From NCBI RefSeq assembly GCF_038025025.1, contig NW_027117353.1:248001-312000 (forward strand): DNA of 64,000 nt, read 5' to 3'. Below are positions 1 to 12,838 of the stretch, piece after piece; positions within the stretch are counted from its first letter, which is position 1, and each line of letters begins with the position of its first letter. Both the position numbers and the translations under genes were made by a program. The DNA is from Phyllosticta citribraziliensis. Taxonomy: Eukaryota. The notes beneath the pieces were generated by a model. That model saw only the letters and a program-made list of their open reading frames with translations. It did no database searches and was not told the DNA's origin.

Positions 1-405
1 AACAAGCACGCCCGGATCCAGCGCCCAGTCACGGCTGCCGCGGCTGCCGCAATCAAAGAAAAGCTGCGCGCTCTCAACGCCCGGCCCATCAAAAAGGTGC
101 AAGAAGCCAAGGCTCGCAAGAAGTTCCACGCGGCACAGAAGCTGGAGAAGCTCAAGAAGAAGAGTGCTCTGCTGGAGAACGAGGAGGGAATGACGGAGAA
201 GGAGAAGGCGCAGAGCATCGTGAAACTCATGTCCAGGGCGGCCAAGAAGAAGCCGAAGAAGAAGGTCGCGGTCGTCGTGGCCAGGGGCGGCAACAGAGGT
301 ATTAGCGGTAGGCCCAAGGGTACCAAGGGCAAGTATAAGATGGTGGATGCACGGTTGAAGAAGGACATTCGGGGAATGAAGCGGGCCGCGAAGAAGAAGA
401 AGTAA
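1..405 (+). CDS. SPB1: 3' end of Spb1 (FTSJ3-like) 27S pre-rRNA 2'-O-methyltransferase, partial; runs off the left edge
   Basis: Frame is open from base 1: ...[24 protein letters not shown]...[25 protein letters not shown], matching the Spb1 C-terminal domain. Stop TAA at 403-405. Confidence 0.9.
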   Translation, partial: NKHARIQRPVTAAAAAAIKEKLRALNARPIKKVQEAKARKKFHAAQKLEKLKKKSALLENEEGMTEKEKAQSIVKLMSRAAKKKPKKKVAVVVARGGNRGISGRPKGTKGKYKMVDARLKKDIRGMKRAAKKKK

Positions 406-737
406 AGGACGCTACTCTGCTGCATTTGATGGCGTTGGGTAGTTGGAAAAGGAAATGCACTTGTATATCATGGGATTTTCTGACCTCGATAAAAGTTGTC
501 GAGGCTAATAAAAGCAGTTTGTTTCTTTGCTCAGGTCGCAATTGGCTCTGCTCTCACCAAGACCGTCCGGTAGACGACTTGGCACACCAAGCTTTGTTAT
601 GTCATCACACTTGTCTTCCTTATCGCCTCCGGTGTCGGTGTAATTCACGAACCAGACCTACAATCATCAAAGGTTCATTTACTCATACACATCCCAAAGC
701 TTCAGCATCTCCGAGTTTGAATCTAGATGCTGTCAGA

Positions 738-2013
738 ATGGACGTTCCGGCTGCAGCGAATGTCCTTGGAACAATTGGGGCGGTAAGTCGCATCAAACTA
801 TATCGTAGAGAGAAGCAGGGAGAAAGCTGATCCATAACCTTCGCGCAGGTTTGCTGGTCTATTCAGGTATGTATCTTCAATTTCTACCCCCAGTCATGTC
901 TCAAGAGAACCCTGGTTTTGGGAAGAGACACTTGCGCCATCGCGACTTGCGAGCCGACTGAAACTATGCACGCTGTTCTTTTTTCACTTTTTGTCGGCGC
1001 TAATTGTCTGCAGTTAATCCCCCAAATCATCATAAATTACCGCCGACACCATGCAATCGGCCTCCAGCCAGGCATGATGGTCCTGTGGGCATGGGCTGGT
1101 GTCCCTCTTGGAGCGTACAATATTGTCCGAAACTTCAACGTCGCACTGCAAGTGCAGCCGCAGATATTGACGGCGCTGAGCCTGCTCACGTGGGGACAGT
1201 GTGTTTATTACCAAAAAGTGAGTTTACTTTTTTTGTGACTGCGGAATGCAATGCGGACTCCCGCTTTTTCCACGTCTTCGACTGCTTCTTGACCTTTAGA
1301 CCTACCTTCTTACATATGCCGGGCATCAGAAAAAGTCTCTCTATGAGACAACACTGCTCGCACTTCCCCTGGCTCTTATCATGGGTGGGACACAAGCCGC
1401 CATCATTCTCCTTCTCCGACATTACATCTCGTCCTCCACTCTCGCGCACACCAACCCTATCCACGCCACCACGCAAACCTGGCCATTGCCGACCCTCGCC
1501 GCCCTCTCTGCGCTACTCCTGGCTCTCGGTGTCGGCAGGCATTACATCGACATCTATCAACACCGCAGCGTCCGCGGCATTTCGTTCCTCTTTGTCGGCA
1601 TCGATGCTGCCGGCGATGTTTTCAGCGCGCTGAGCATCGTGTTCCAGAGCGAAGTCGATGTCATAGGCATCGTTGCCTACGCCTTGGAGTTCGTGCTGTG
1701 GATGGGTGTGTTTGCTTGCGGAGTTGCCTTCAATTTGAGGCCATGGCTTAGGCGCAAGTGCAGAAGAGGTGAGCACGATGAAGGGTGTGACTTGGGATTT
1801 GGTGAAAGAACAGGCTCTGCGGTTGCTTCTGGAATCGATGTTCGTGCCCCAGACTCTGAGTCGGCTGTTGGGACTATTGCCCTTCACAATCTTCCTTCGT
1901 CGACGTCTGTGTTCAGGACGCCATCCAGTGAGACCGCGATTTCTGGCGCTCGACCCAGAGCTGCTCCTGGCGGAAGGACTTCTGCAAGTGAAGGGCATCC
2001 CGGGGAGAGATAA
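738..2013 (+). CDS. PQ-loop repeat membrane protein (4 exons)
   Basis: Spliced reading MDVPAAANVLGTIGA|VCWSIQ|LIPQIIINYRR... with GT-AG introns about 783-848, 867-1013 and 1218-1328. PQ motif and several hydrophobic helices; second half GISFLFVGIDAAGDVFS. Confidence 0.85.
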
Positions 2014-3202
2014 CAAGGCACCACAGGGAGCATTTGTCGAGCGGATGAAGCAGTTGATCCAACGCCAATGGAAGATGCCATTACAAATGGCCGCACAAGT
2101 AGTCCACCAACTGCTGCAGTTCCCTCACCAACGAAGTCACTGCTCTGAATGAGAGCACGGAGGCTTGGCAGGGTCTGTTACGGACATATGTCCCTGCAAC
2201 ACAAACCAGACGAATTTCTGATTGAGCCGACGACGGAGCACATCACCTAACTCAACAACGAGCGATCTCCTGACAATCTGCGCTTCAAGATCAGCATCGA
2301 CGAGCATCATACAGTCTTGCCCCACCGAGGTGCGCATCGTGAGTTCCGACGATGCCGTCGTGCAAGAGCCCACCGTGAGAGATTTGGACCGGTGCAAAGG
2401 ACCAGCATCCCGAGCATCAACCCGACGGGAGGAGAAAGGGACTCGTCAGTCTCCCTGCCATCGACCATCAGCGGCCATTGGGCTGCGTCAAATCCAACGA
2501 TCAAAATCTTCAAAGTTCGAAAAAGCGATCTCGGCGGTGCGTGCGTGCAGCAACTCATGCAGATCGAGGAGTCGCCAGCGGTGAACATGGTAGACTCGCA
2601 TGAAGCCGAGTCCCGCAGGCATCTGGAATCCTTCCAGCAGGATTCTGCAAACGGGCTCCACGGCGCCTGAGCAGTTCTCCACGGCCAAACAAGCTTGCAT
2701 TCAAGACGCACAGGAAGATGACGTCATGAGCGCGGAGCCCTCAGGAGAGCAGAAGACAAAAAAGCCATGAGCACAGACGCGAAAGACGGCATTGTGCCCA
2801 CTGTCCGTATCCAGAACCATGAATAGACCACAAAAGTGGACGGCCATCGCGCGGTGAGCACAAATGCTAGACACATGATCCAATCAGAATCGACCACGGC
2901 CGAGAGCGGGACTTGTTCCTGCTTTGCTCTCTCAATTTGTCCCCTGGGCACATCCTGGTTTCCCAGCACAAGCTCCAGCCATCCCGCAACTCTAAATTAT
3001 GACATCACCCCGCACAGTTGTTAGCATTTTGTTTATCAACTTCATGTTCCCGCTCTTCTATGTGTTTGTCCTCTCGTTGTACACCTCATCCTCGAATAGC
3101 AGAATCTAGCTATTCTCGAAGCTGGACAAGGAGGACATTCTCCCACTTTAATAACTCGTCTTACTTTTAATTCTTCCTCCCCTCCCAAATTGGTCCTTCA
3201 CG

Positions 3203-4656
3203 ATGCTCTCGCTCCTGGCAACCTCGGCTCTCCTGGCCGCGTCGGCGCAGCCGGTCCTCGCAACATCTCAAAACATCCTCTACAGCCCCAACCACTACCA
3301 ATTCGACCCGCTGGAGCACCTGGCGGGCATCGCGCCGTACTTCGACCCGCAAGACCCGCCGCTGGACCCGGCGCCGCCGCAGGGCTGCAACGTGACGCGG
3401 GCGGCGTACCTGGTGCGGCACGCGGCCATCTACGCCAACGACTTCGACTACGAGTCGTACATTGAGCCGTTTGTGCAGAAGCTGGCCAACTCGACGGGCG
3501 CCAACTGGGCCGCGTCGCGCGACCTGGCGTTCCTGGCCAGCTGGAAGAGCCCCATCGAGGACGAGGACATGGAGCAGCTGACCAAGATTGGCTCGCTCGA
3601 GGCCATGAGCCTTGGTGTTGAGCTCAAGCGCCGCTATCCCGGCTTCGCGTTGCCCAAGAAGCTGTGGACGAGCACTGCTGAGCGCACTGTTAAGAGCGCG
3701 CAGAGCTTGATCAACGGCTTGGACCACAGGGGTAACGAGACGCAGTTGGTGCAGATTTATGAGAGCAAGGAGTCTGGTGCCGACAGCTTGACCCCGTACA
3801 AGGGGTGCCCGGCATACAGCTCCAGCAGGGGTAGCGAGCAGTCGAGCGTAAGTGACCATCCGCTTCAAACCTACCATGATATGGGGGCTGATATTGACTG
3901 TCATTACAGACTTTTCAAAAGAAGTACACGGCGCCCATCATCGCGCGCTTCCGCGCCGCCGTGCCCGGCTTCAACTGGACCGCGTCCGACATCTACGGCA
4001 TGCAGCAGCTGTGCGGCTACGAGTCGGTCATCAAGGGGACGTCGCCCTTCTGCTCGCTGTCGCTCTTCACGCCCAACGAGTGGCTCGCCTTCGAGTACAC
4101 AAACGACATCATGTACCACCACAACACGGGCTACGGCAACCCCATCTCTCCGGTCCTGGGCTGGCCATGGGTCAACGCGAGCGTGTCGTCCCTCTTCGAA
4201 GACGCCACCGCCAACAGCACCACCGGCGACCAGCAGGACCTGTACGTCAGCTTCTCGCACCGCGAGCTGCCGCCCACGGTGCTCGTCGCGCTGGGCCTGT
4301 TCAACAACAGCGCCGCGTCGGCCTCCAACGACCCCAACGCCACCATGCCCCTGTCGCAGATCAACCACGGCCGCGCCTGGAAGAGCTCCAACATCCTGTC
4401 CTTCCTCACCAACATCGCCGTCGAGAAGATGAGCTGTGACAGCTACGGCTACGAGGACGCCGGCGACGAGTTTTACCGCGTCATCGTCAACAACAGCCCC
4501 CAGCCGCTCGACGCCTGCGCCGATGGCCCCGGCGAGAGCTGCGCTAGGTCCACGTTTGAGAAGTGGGTTGCGGAGAGGAACGAGCGATACAGCGGCTTCA
4601 GCGAGAAGTGTGGCGTCACCTACCAAAACTCGACCGATGCGTTGTCCATCTACTAA
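3203..4656 (+). CDS. Secreted histidine acid phosphatase / 3-phytase-like protein (2 exons)
   Basis: Signal peptide, then GCNVTRAAYLVRHAAIYAND, LTKIG..EAMSLG, RTVKSAQS, LCGYE and LYVSFSHRE. Intron 3848-3909 (GTAAGT..CAG) joins ORFs 3203 and 3961. Confidence 0.88.
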
Positions 4657-4942
4657 AGACGCCGAAGAGACGACAGGCGGTAGTAGACGTTGTAAATCTG
4701 TTAATGACGGGTAAATAGCTGTAATGACAATAATGAATCCATGTAGATAATCAACGTCTGTAACAAACTTTGTCGGTGACTGCAGGGTGAAGACTACTAC
4801 GCTGACCAAGGCCATGGCGAGTGAGAGAAGTGGGTTCACAGAAATGGAGGCGCCGTGGAAGCGTAAGTTTTTTTGCACATTAAATCTATTTGCGTCTGTC
4901 GTCTCAAACTCATGGTAAATATCGGGGTCGTAGCCAACAGGA

Positions 4943-5808
4943 CTACTGGGAAGAGCCACCAGAGATGGTAATGACCTGGCCTGTCGATGGACGTCAGTTT
5001 CATGGGCAATTGACATCAACACGCTAGGGGATAACGAACCGTTGACCCATCCACCATCATCACTGGCCAAGAAGGCTACGACGCGCGCCACGTCCTCGGG
5101 GACGGCGCACCTGCCCAGGGGACAGTGATCGGCCATGAGCTGCTCAATCTTGTCTGCCGGGAAATCAGGGGTGCCACCGGGGATGTAGTGCCAGGCGTTC
5201 TGGGTGAACATGTCGCTCTTGATGCCACCGGGGGCAACGCCATTGACGGTGATGCCCTTGGAGCCAAAGTCGGTAGCAAAGGCCTTGATCATGCCGATGA
5301 CGGCCATCTTGCTCGCGTTGTAGAGGGCGTGGTCCTTGACGCCCATGAGGCCGGCGGCAATGCTGCTCATGAGGATGAGGCGGCCGTTGCGCTCGAGGTG
5401 CTTGAAGGCGGCCTGGCCGACGAAGAACTGCGCCCGCGCGTTCAGGTTGAAGACGTGGTCGTACTTTTCCTCGGTGATTTCCTCCGTCTTGTCCCAGCTC
5501 TCCGTGCCCGAGTTGCTCATGACGATGTCGATTTTGCCAAACGCCTTCTTCGACTCCTCGAACAGCCGGTTGATCTCAGACACCTTGGACACGTCGGCCT
5601 GGATCGCCTTGGCCTTGGCTCCCGTCCCGTTGGACTCGATTTCCTTGACCACTTCTTGGGCCGGCCCGGAGCTTGAGACGTAGTTGACGATGACGGAGCA
5701 TCCGCGCCTGCCGAGCTCGAGAGCGCAGCCGCGGCCAATGCCGCGACCAGCACCCGTGATGAGAGCGACCTTGCCCTCAAGGCTGGCGGTGGGAACGGGA
5801 ACAACCAT
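4943..5808 (-). CDS. Short-chain dehydrogenase, 1,3,6,8-tetrahydroxynaphthalene reductase (4HNR)-like, DHN-melanin pathway
   Basis: TGAGRGIG Rossmann motif, VMSNSG, HALYNASK (YxxxK) and APGGIKSDMF..NAWHY, features I recall from 4HNR. One short intron (about 4981-5038) before QVITISGGSSQ*. The 634-aa ORF in the track is intron read-through. Confidence 0.85.
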
Positions 5809-6001
5809 TTTGTGTGATGGTGTAAAGCTTTGAATATTCTGCTAGATGGTCAATTGGTTGAAGGAAAGAAATGGGGACGATGTGTCGTACATGTGAAGCT
5901 GCGAGCTGCAATTGCAGGTTGGTAGTGAGCAGGAGAGGGGAGAGGGATAGAGGTCAAAAGCACAGAAATATGGTCCTCTAAGAGCTCGAAGCAAGCAAGA
6001 G

Positions 6002-6010
6002 CTATATAAG
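6002..6010 (-). promoter_or_regulatory. Candidate TATA box of the 4HNR-like gene
   Basis: CTTATATAG on the minus strand about 195 bp upstream of the ATG, followed by a CT-rich tract. Confidence 0.45.
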
Positions 6011-7292
6011 CAAACAAAATCGAACCTGGTACAGGCCGAGCACCGAACGCGGCGCCAGACGCGTCCGGAGTCGAGGGCGGGGACCCGGACGGCAGCACAC
6101 AGGTGGCAGCTCACCACCAACACGTTAGCTTTTGGCTGGGGCCCACAGCTCCGTGGGGTCCTCTTTCGCAAAAGGTACAACGCTATGCCGCGAACCACCT
6201 AGCTCCCGGGCAAGCCCAGGGAGAGCTGGAGCTTGTCATGTTCGGCGGGTTGAGGGGCCTACAGCTTTCGGATAGGGTCTGGGCCCCGTCAAATGGAGTC
6301 GGAACTCCGATGCCAGGAGCTGGGTACCCGATTCCAGTCGACGGGCACGGAGAGCCATCCGGGTTCTGGTGGTGGTCGGTGATGAGGTGGTTGTTGTCCG
6401 AGTCGGCAGCAGGGCTCAGCGACGAGCTGTCCGGAACAAAAGTGCTGACAGATGGCGAGCAGAAATGGAGTGGCTGGTTGCGTCGAGCAGCATTCTTGAC
6501 TGTTGAAGCTTCACAAGGAGACGGATTTGCTGTGGTTAGAGGGTGGCTTGGGAGCAGCATGGCTAACCCAGAGCGGTCCTGAAGACGAAGTGAAGCGCAG
6601 AGAGGGCATGGTTCGAGCTAGGTTGTTGGTGATGGCGGGGCGCTAGCAGCTGCCATGGAAAAAGGGATCTGATGCGTGAATGATGCTTGAGAGATGCGAA
6701 AGAAGAAGGATTGGCGTTGATGGCGGGGGATGGGGGACGAGCCGCCCCGCCCCGCCACGACGTCGTGGGTGCTCGATCCCTTGTCGCTTATCGATAAGGA
6801 CCTGAGGTGAGGCTTTGGGTTGGCGTGGGTGGGTTCCCGTCGGGTTGCTGGCGGTCGACAGCGCACCTGAGACCTGGAGCACGTCACCACTCCAAAGCTG
6901 CTGGCTCCGCATCATCCACCAATTGTCATTGCAGTGGAAGAGCCTCTGCCCTCGACGGCAAAATACAGCACACCATGAATCGCCATTCGTCTGTCGCCAG
7001 TCGGGCCACGCGCCATGGCTGCTGCCAGGCGCATGCTACGACGACCGTCGCTTAAAGACATCGATTGAACCCCTCGACCTGACGTGATCGCCGCCACCTC
7101 TAGCTCGTCCTTGTCTTCATTTTATTCCGTACCTCGACGACCCTTCAAGAAAACCTCCCATCCGCACCCTCAGGCACACGGCCAAGCAACATTCGACAAG
7201 GGTCTACTCCGGCAACGGAACAAGAAGCCCAACAGCCTCTACACCATTTCCATCCACGTCACTGCCAGCCTCACGTCACATCGACCCTCAAG

Positions 7293-8448
7293 ATGCATAT
7301 TCTCGTATGAGCCTCCCGCCGACCCAGTCCCAACCCTCTCTAACCATATGTCCTCAGGTAACCAACGACGACGGGCCACCCTCGAACGACTCGTCGCCTT
7401 ACGTGCATCCCTTCATCTCCACGCTCCAGTCCCAAGGCCACACCGTCTCGGTCGTCCTCCCCCACACGCAGCGCTCATGGATCGGTAAAGCCCACATCGT
7501 GGGGCACAACATCCGGCCCACCTATTTCCGCCCTGACCCAATACCTTCGACGCTACCCGTCTCCGCCGACGGCACCCCGCGTTACTCCAACACCGGCGAA
7601 ACCAGCAACCGACCTCTGCCTTCAAATTCTCAAGCCGAGGAATGGATTTTGATCGACAGCACGCCTGCATCTTGCGCCCAGATTGGTCTCCACCACTACT
7701 TCAAGGAGCGCGGTCCCATTGATCTGGTTGTCTCTGGTCCAAACTACGGCAGGAACACCACCGCCGTCTTTTCGCTGAGCAGTGGAACCATCGGCGGCGC
7801 CATGGAGGCTGCCGTGTGTGGCGTGCGCGCCATTGCGCTCTCGTATGCCTTCTTCGACCGCAATCACGACGCCAATGTCATTGCCGAGGCTTCTACGCAC
7901 GCCGTCAAGGTCATTGAGCACCTGGCCGCAAACTGGGACAAGGACACGCATTTGTACTCGGTAAATGTGCCGCTCCAGGCTGGGGTCAGCAAGCAAAAGA
8001 CAATGTGGACCGAGATGCTGCAGAACGCATGGAAGAGTGGGAGCTGCTTTCAAGAGGTGGCGATCCCCGACAGCGAAGACGAGGGTCCTTCAGAGGCTGA
8101 AAAGGAAATTCGCGAGAGAGAAGCAAATGTTGAGTCGTCGTCAGCAGCAGGGAACAATGGTGTTGCGGAAGGCAGTGGGACAAGTACCCCGCACGCCAGG
8201 TACAGTCACAAACACTTTAAATGGGCGCCGAGCTTCCAAGACGTGCATGATAGCGTGGAGAAGAGCGAGCCTGGCAACGATGGGTGGGCTGTCAGGCAGG
8301 GCATCACCAGGTACCCTCACTCCCCTTGCCCCTGCTTTGCCTTACAAGCTTTGCTCGACCCTGTCGTACTGACTTTCGCAGCGTCACTCCATTGCGCGCA
8401 AACTTCATGCACGCCTCGGCGCCCTTCAAGAGCGAGTTGGTCTTGTAG
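7293..8448 (+). CDS. SurE-family phosphatase / 5'-3'-nucleotidase (Pby1 N-terminal-like), 3 exons
   Basis: MHIL|VTNDDG, TPASC, DLVVSGPNYGRNT and SSGTIGGAMEA SurE motifs. Introns 7305-7357 and 8311-8381. Ends SVTPLRANFMHASAPFKSELVL* (TAG 8446-8448). Confidence 0.88.
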
Positions 8449-10262
8449 ACGGACTGGCCAGACATTTCCTTTTCCTAGAGCCTCACCAAGAAAATCTTAC
8501 CTAGACGACCGAACAATTATCATCTCTCCCCCTCTTCTCTCTCGCCATTGACATGAGCCAGACGTCGCCAAGCTGTCACCCGCAACCAAGACTCCAAGCC
8601 TTGGTGCAAAGCATGACGCAGTGCCAATATTCGATGCGACGTTCGACGCTCGACTTAGTGCGGCGTCCGTGTCTCTGTTCCTGTCGGCCGGTCGTGGCAT
8701 CCCACGCTCGGCTTGCGGTCCGAAGAGTGAAAAAAAAAAAGGACTCAGAGACGCCAAGTACCTGGGCATATCAGATAGCCGCGCCGACTATCGATTCTTA
8801 GCCAGAGCAAATATAGCAACGGCCTCTCCCGCCCCGTACCACAGACCACACGCGCTTCTCCAAACTTTGTACGTCGGCGAGTTCCGCTGGCGGGCCATTG
8901 CCTTTACTCTTTGTGCTCTTTCGCGTCTGGTGATGGCAACTTGTCTGCGGTCACAGTGTAGACGCTTACGGCAGGGCAGGTAGGTTCTTTGGTGCTCGTA
9001 GTCTCTGCGCATTTTTAAAATTCTCATCATGAGCGCTTATCCGGCGGTCAGAACGTTTACCGAATGGCGAAACTGAGCGTAACGTCCAACGCTGCATTGT
9101 GTCTCGTTTTATCGGCATATCATTTTCATGTAGGACACAGCCAAGTCCGTCTCGCATCTGGATGACAATGGCAACCCCGACACGGCGACTTGATGGTTTC
9201 GTTTTCTTCTCTCCCATGTGGCTTGACTTTCGCACGCAACTGTGGCGCTCGAGGTGGCTCGCTTTCTCATGCTTGGGCTGCACATTAACGGGGCGGAGAC
9301 GCGACTACATGGCTGCTGATCTGGCTTGGCAACGGGGGCGATGTGCCAGGACTACGTAACTTGGCTACACAGCCCATGGTGATGGTCGCTCCGCCTCTTC
9401 CCACGCCGAGAGATGGAGTTTTGTGTGATACTAGCAGATGGAGGGGATGGAAAATCACTCAGGTTCAAGGGAGAAAGAAGAGCACAAGGCGGACCGCACC
9501 GGTATCTGGGCGCTAGTGTCGTCAGGTCGTTTCGCTCCAGGGATTCGTCAAGTTTGGTCCAAGCGCGGCTCCAAAGGCTGGCACCGTCTCTCCGGGCGTG
9601 TGGACGACCAACGGGATTGGGCTAGCATTGGCGCGCTGACAGGCACCCTGAACGATTTGACAGAAAGGGGACTGCAAGTTGAATATTCCACGAGCAGACA
9701 GATGTCCTGTCTGTCGTAAGGCAGCCACAGATTGATGGCCAGGCGCCCAGCCACCACTGAGGTTTGGAGCGTGTTTTGTTGTCGTCGCACAGCCTCTCCA
9801 GATGGTGACGAGCAATGGATCGTCGACGAGAGCTGGAATAAGCACATGGCCCGCGAGAAGAGAATGCGCGCCCACAGGACGAGGTGAGCTTGAAGTAAGG
9901 TAAGGCTATGGAAAGCTATTTCGGTTTGAGACAGGGATTCACACACCCGCGGCCGCGTCAAGGTCAAGGGCAAGGACCGACACCAGCCCATCACCCATGG
10001 CCATGTCAGCCGCTCAGCCACACCGTCGCCGTTTGCCCAACCCTCTCTCTCATCATGTCTCCGAACACTTCTCAAAGACTTTGATCAAACACGCCTTTTA
10101 AACCTCGACTTCCTTGCGCGCTCACCCCTCTTTCGCTTCCTTGTTTGTTTACACAACCGTTAGCCGCCCGCTTCGACCTTCGTTTCCCCGGAACAGCGCC
10201 TTCGCCAACACCTGCTTCTCCAACACATCTCTGCTTCTCCAGCGCGACCGTCACCGCTCGCC

Positions 10263-12017
10263 ATGGCGTCACACGACTACTACAGTTCTTCCAACCATGA
10301 CCGCCGAGAAGATGCTCCTCTCCCGCCGTTGCCTCCTCAATCCACGCAACCTATCTGCCCCTACGTCGACACCTCTATGACCTCATCCCACTCGCCCGTC
10401 GGAGCAACCACCCAGTCTCCTTTTGAGGACCACGCCTACCCTGCCAACAATATACCCCACAACCCCTACGGTCCCGGTCCTGGCGAGGATACCGCATACC
10501 ACGGAAGCGCTGGAGATTACTATGGTTCTCAAACTCGGCCAACCGACCCTTTCACGGACCACAATGCCATTCCACTACACTCGCAACAGCCCAAGACGGA
10601 TAGCCCTTCCAAGTACAATGCTGACCCGGAGGGGCATGCGCCTCTTGTTGGAGATTATATGGGTCAGGCGCCTCGATCAAAAAAGAAGAAGGGTTTCTTT
10701 AAAAAGAAAATGTCGTGGGTTGCGTACGGCCTGGCGGTGATTCAAACCGCCGTCTTCATTGGCGAGATCATTCACAACGGTAGGGATCAAACATGTGCTT
10801 CTTAGGACTTTGACTGACAGTTTCACAGCTGTGCTTACTGGATCGCCCATCGAAATCAAACCTTCCTTCAATCCCATGATTGGCCCCTCGCCCTATGTTT
10901 ACATCAACATGGGCGCGCGCTACATACCTTGCATGCGCCAGATGGGCGGCAGTAGCGAGGTCAACATCACTGCCGACGTTGCCTTTCCTTGCCCAAACAC
11001 GACCACGTCGACTTCGGAATGCTCCCTCAGCCAGCTCTGCGGCATGAGTGGCATTGGCAGTGCTGATTCCAACGGCAAACTGCATCCCAACCAGTGGTAC
11101 CGCTTCATCACGCCCATCTTCCTCCACGCCGGTCTCATCCATATTGTCTTCAACATGCTCGTGCAAGTGACGGTGGGACGAGACATGGAGTTGCTGATTG
11201 GACCAATCCGCTTCGCTTTGGTCTACATTGCCGCGGGAATCTTCGGCAATGTCTTGGGAGCAAACTATGCCCCGAACGGCATGGCCTCCACGTAAGTCGC
11301 ATTTCTTTGTCCCACGTGTGCAGTTCAGCTGCTAATGCAGACTCCGACTCAGTGGTGCCTCTGGAGCTATTTTCGGAATCATTGCCCTCACGCTGCTGGA
11401 TCTTCTCTACCACTGGAGAGAGCGCCCCAAGCCGATTCGGGAACTATGCTTCATTGCACTCGACATCGTCATCGCTTTCGTCCTGGGTCTTTTGCCAGGA
11501 CTTGACAACTTTGCCCACATTGGTGGCTTCATAATGGGGCTTGGGTTGGGCATATCCATTCTGCATTCCCCGGGTCCCCTCCGCGAGCGCATCGGTATCG
11601 ACGATCCTCCTTATAGCGCCGTGCCCAACCCAAAGGATCCCGAGAACCGGGCCGAGGGAATCAAAGAGTTTACAAGGCAGCCCGTCGCCTTTTTCAAGGA
11701 CCGCAAGCCCCTTTGGTGGGCTTGGTGGTTGTTCCGGGCTGGAGCTCTTGTTGCGGTGATTGTAGGCTTCATCGTTCTCCTGAACAACTTCTACGTCTAC
11801 CACAAGTCTTGCAACTGGTGCAAGCACTTGAGCTGCTTGGTGAGTTTTCTGATAAATCCTCTGTCTGGACTTTACTAACATCTTTGCGAAGCCCGTCAAG
11901 AACTGGTGCGACATTGGCAACATTGAGCTATCGACAACCTCGTCAAACTCCAAGCGCGATCTCTTCGGCATCATGCGGGATTACGAATATGGTCAAATGG
12001 GGTCGCCGGCGTTTTAA
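10263..12017 (+). CDS. Rhomboid-family intramembrane serine protease (4 exons)
   Basis: QWYRFITPIFLHAGLIH, spliced ASTGASGAIFG (catalytic GxSG) and DNFAHIGGF (catalytic His). Introns about 10780-10828, 11292-11352 and 11840-11891. Confidence 0.9.
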
Positions 12018-12838
12018 ATCGACTAAGGCGTTTTCTTCCACGTCCGGAATCTGGTCTCGTTTCTTGACCCCTCGCCAAACTCGCTCATTTGGACCGGGTC
12101 ATTTTCTTTTCTTCTTGTCCATGTTCCATCTGGGCGCTTTTTATGATTCCCTCCACCCGGATCCACCACGAAAGCATGAATATTCAAGCATGGCGGGGGC
12201 GTTTTGCGTTTCTTGGCGGAGCTTTTCGGTCTTCCCTGGATGGGCCTGCCAGGATTGGACAGCTTGGTTGCGGCGAAATGCCCTTTTCTTTATGGCGTCG
12301 ACTGGAGGTCACGAGGGGCAATGTATGAATCACCATGATGCTTTGCCCATACGGAGGACGACGATAGGATCGTCCAAAATGAATTGAGGCGTGCTGGGTG
12401 GAAACCTTGAATGCTCATTACACGTGTTATTTTTAGCTGTCGCTCGAATCTGTGGATAATCTGTAGCGGGTCGCTGTGTAAATATATGCTTATAGCTTGT
12501 GTGCATAAGGGGGTGTTGGCTATTAATACCAGAGATGCTGGAGCAGGTGTGGTGCGTGAATGACAAGACTTTGTCAGTGATGGGGATGCGACTGGCAGGA
12601 ATACTCAAATTGCACGGGTGAGGTTGGAATGAGGACGTTGAGTGAAATACGTACGCAAGTGAAGATTCGTCCAGTGGAGTAGCGGTAGCTCTACCTCCAA
12701 CACGGTTACGCGCGGTGACGGTGACGTGCCGGCCCGCCTCCCCGGCAGCTAGCTCACGCCCAACCTTTCTTCCACACTCCCTCTTTGAGACTCTTCTCGC
12801 TCTTTCTTGGCTCGTTGCCTCAACACCCAACTCCAGCC

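Noticed and set aside
3904..4942. 634-aa fused SDR ORF
   Set aside because: It reads through an intron and then runs antisense to the phosphatase gene; the real CDS ends at 4943.
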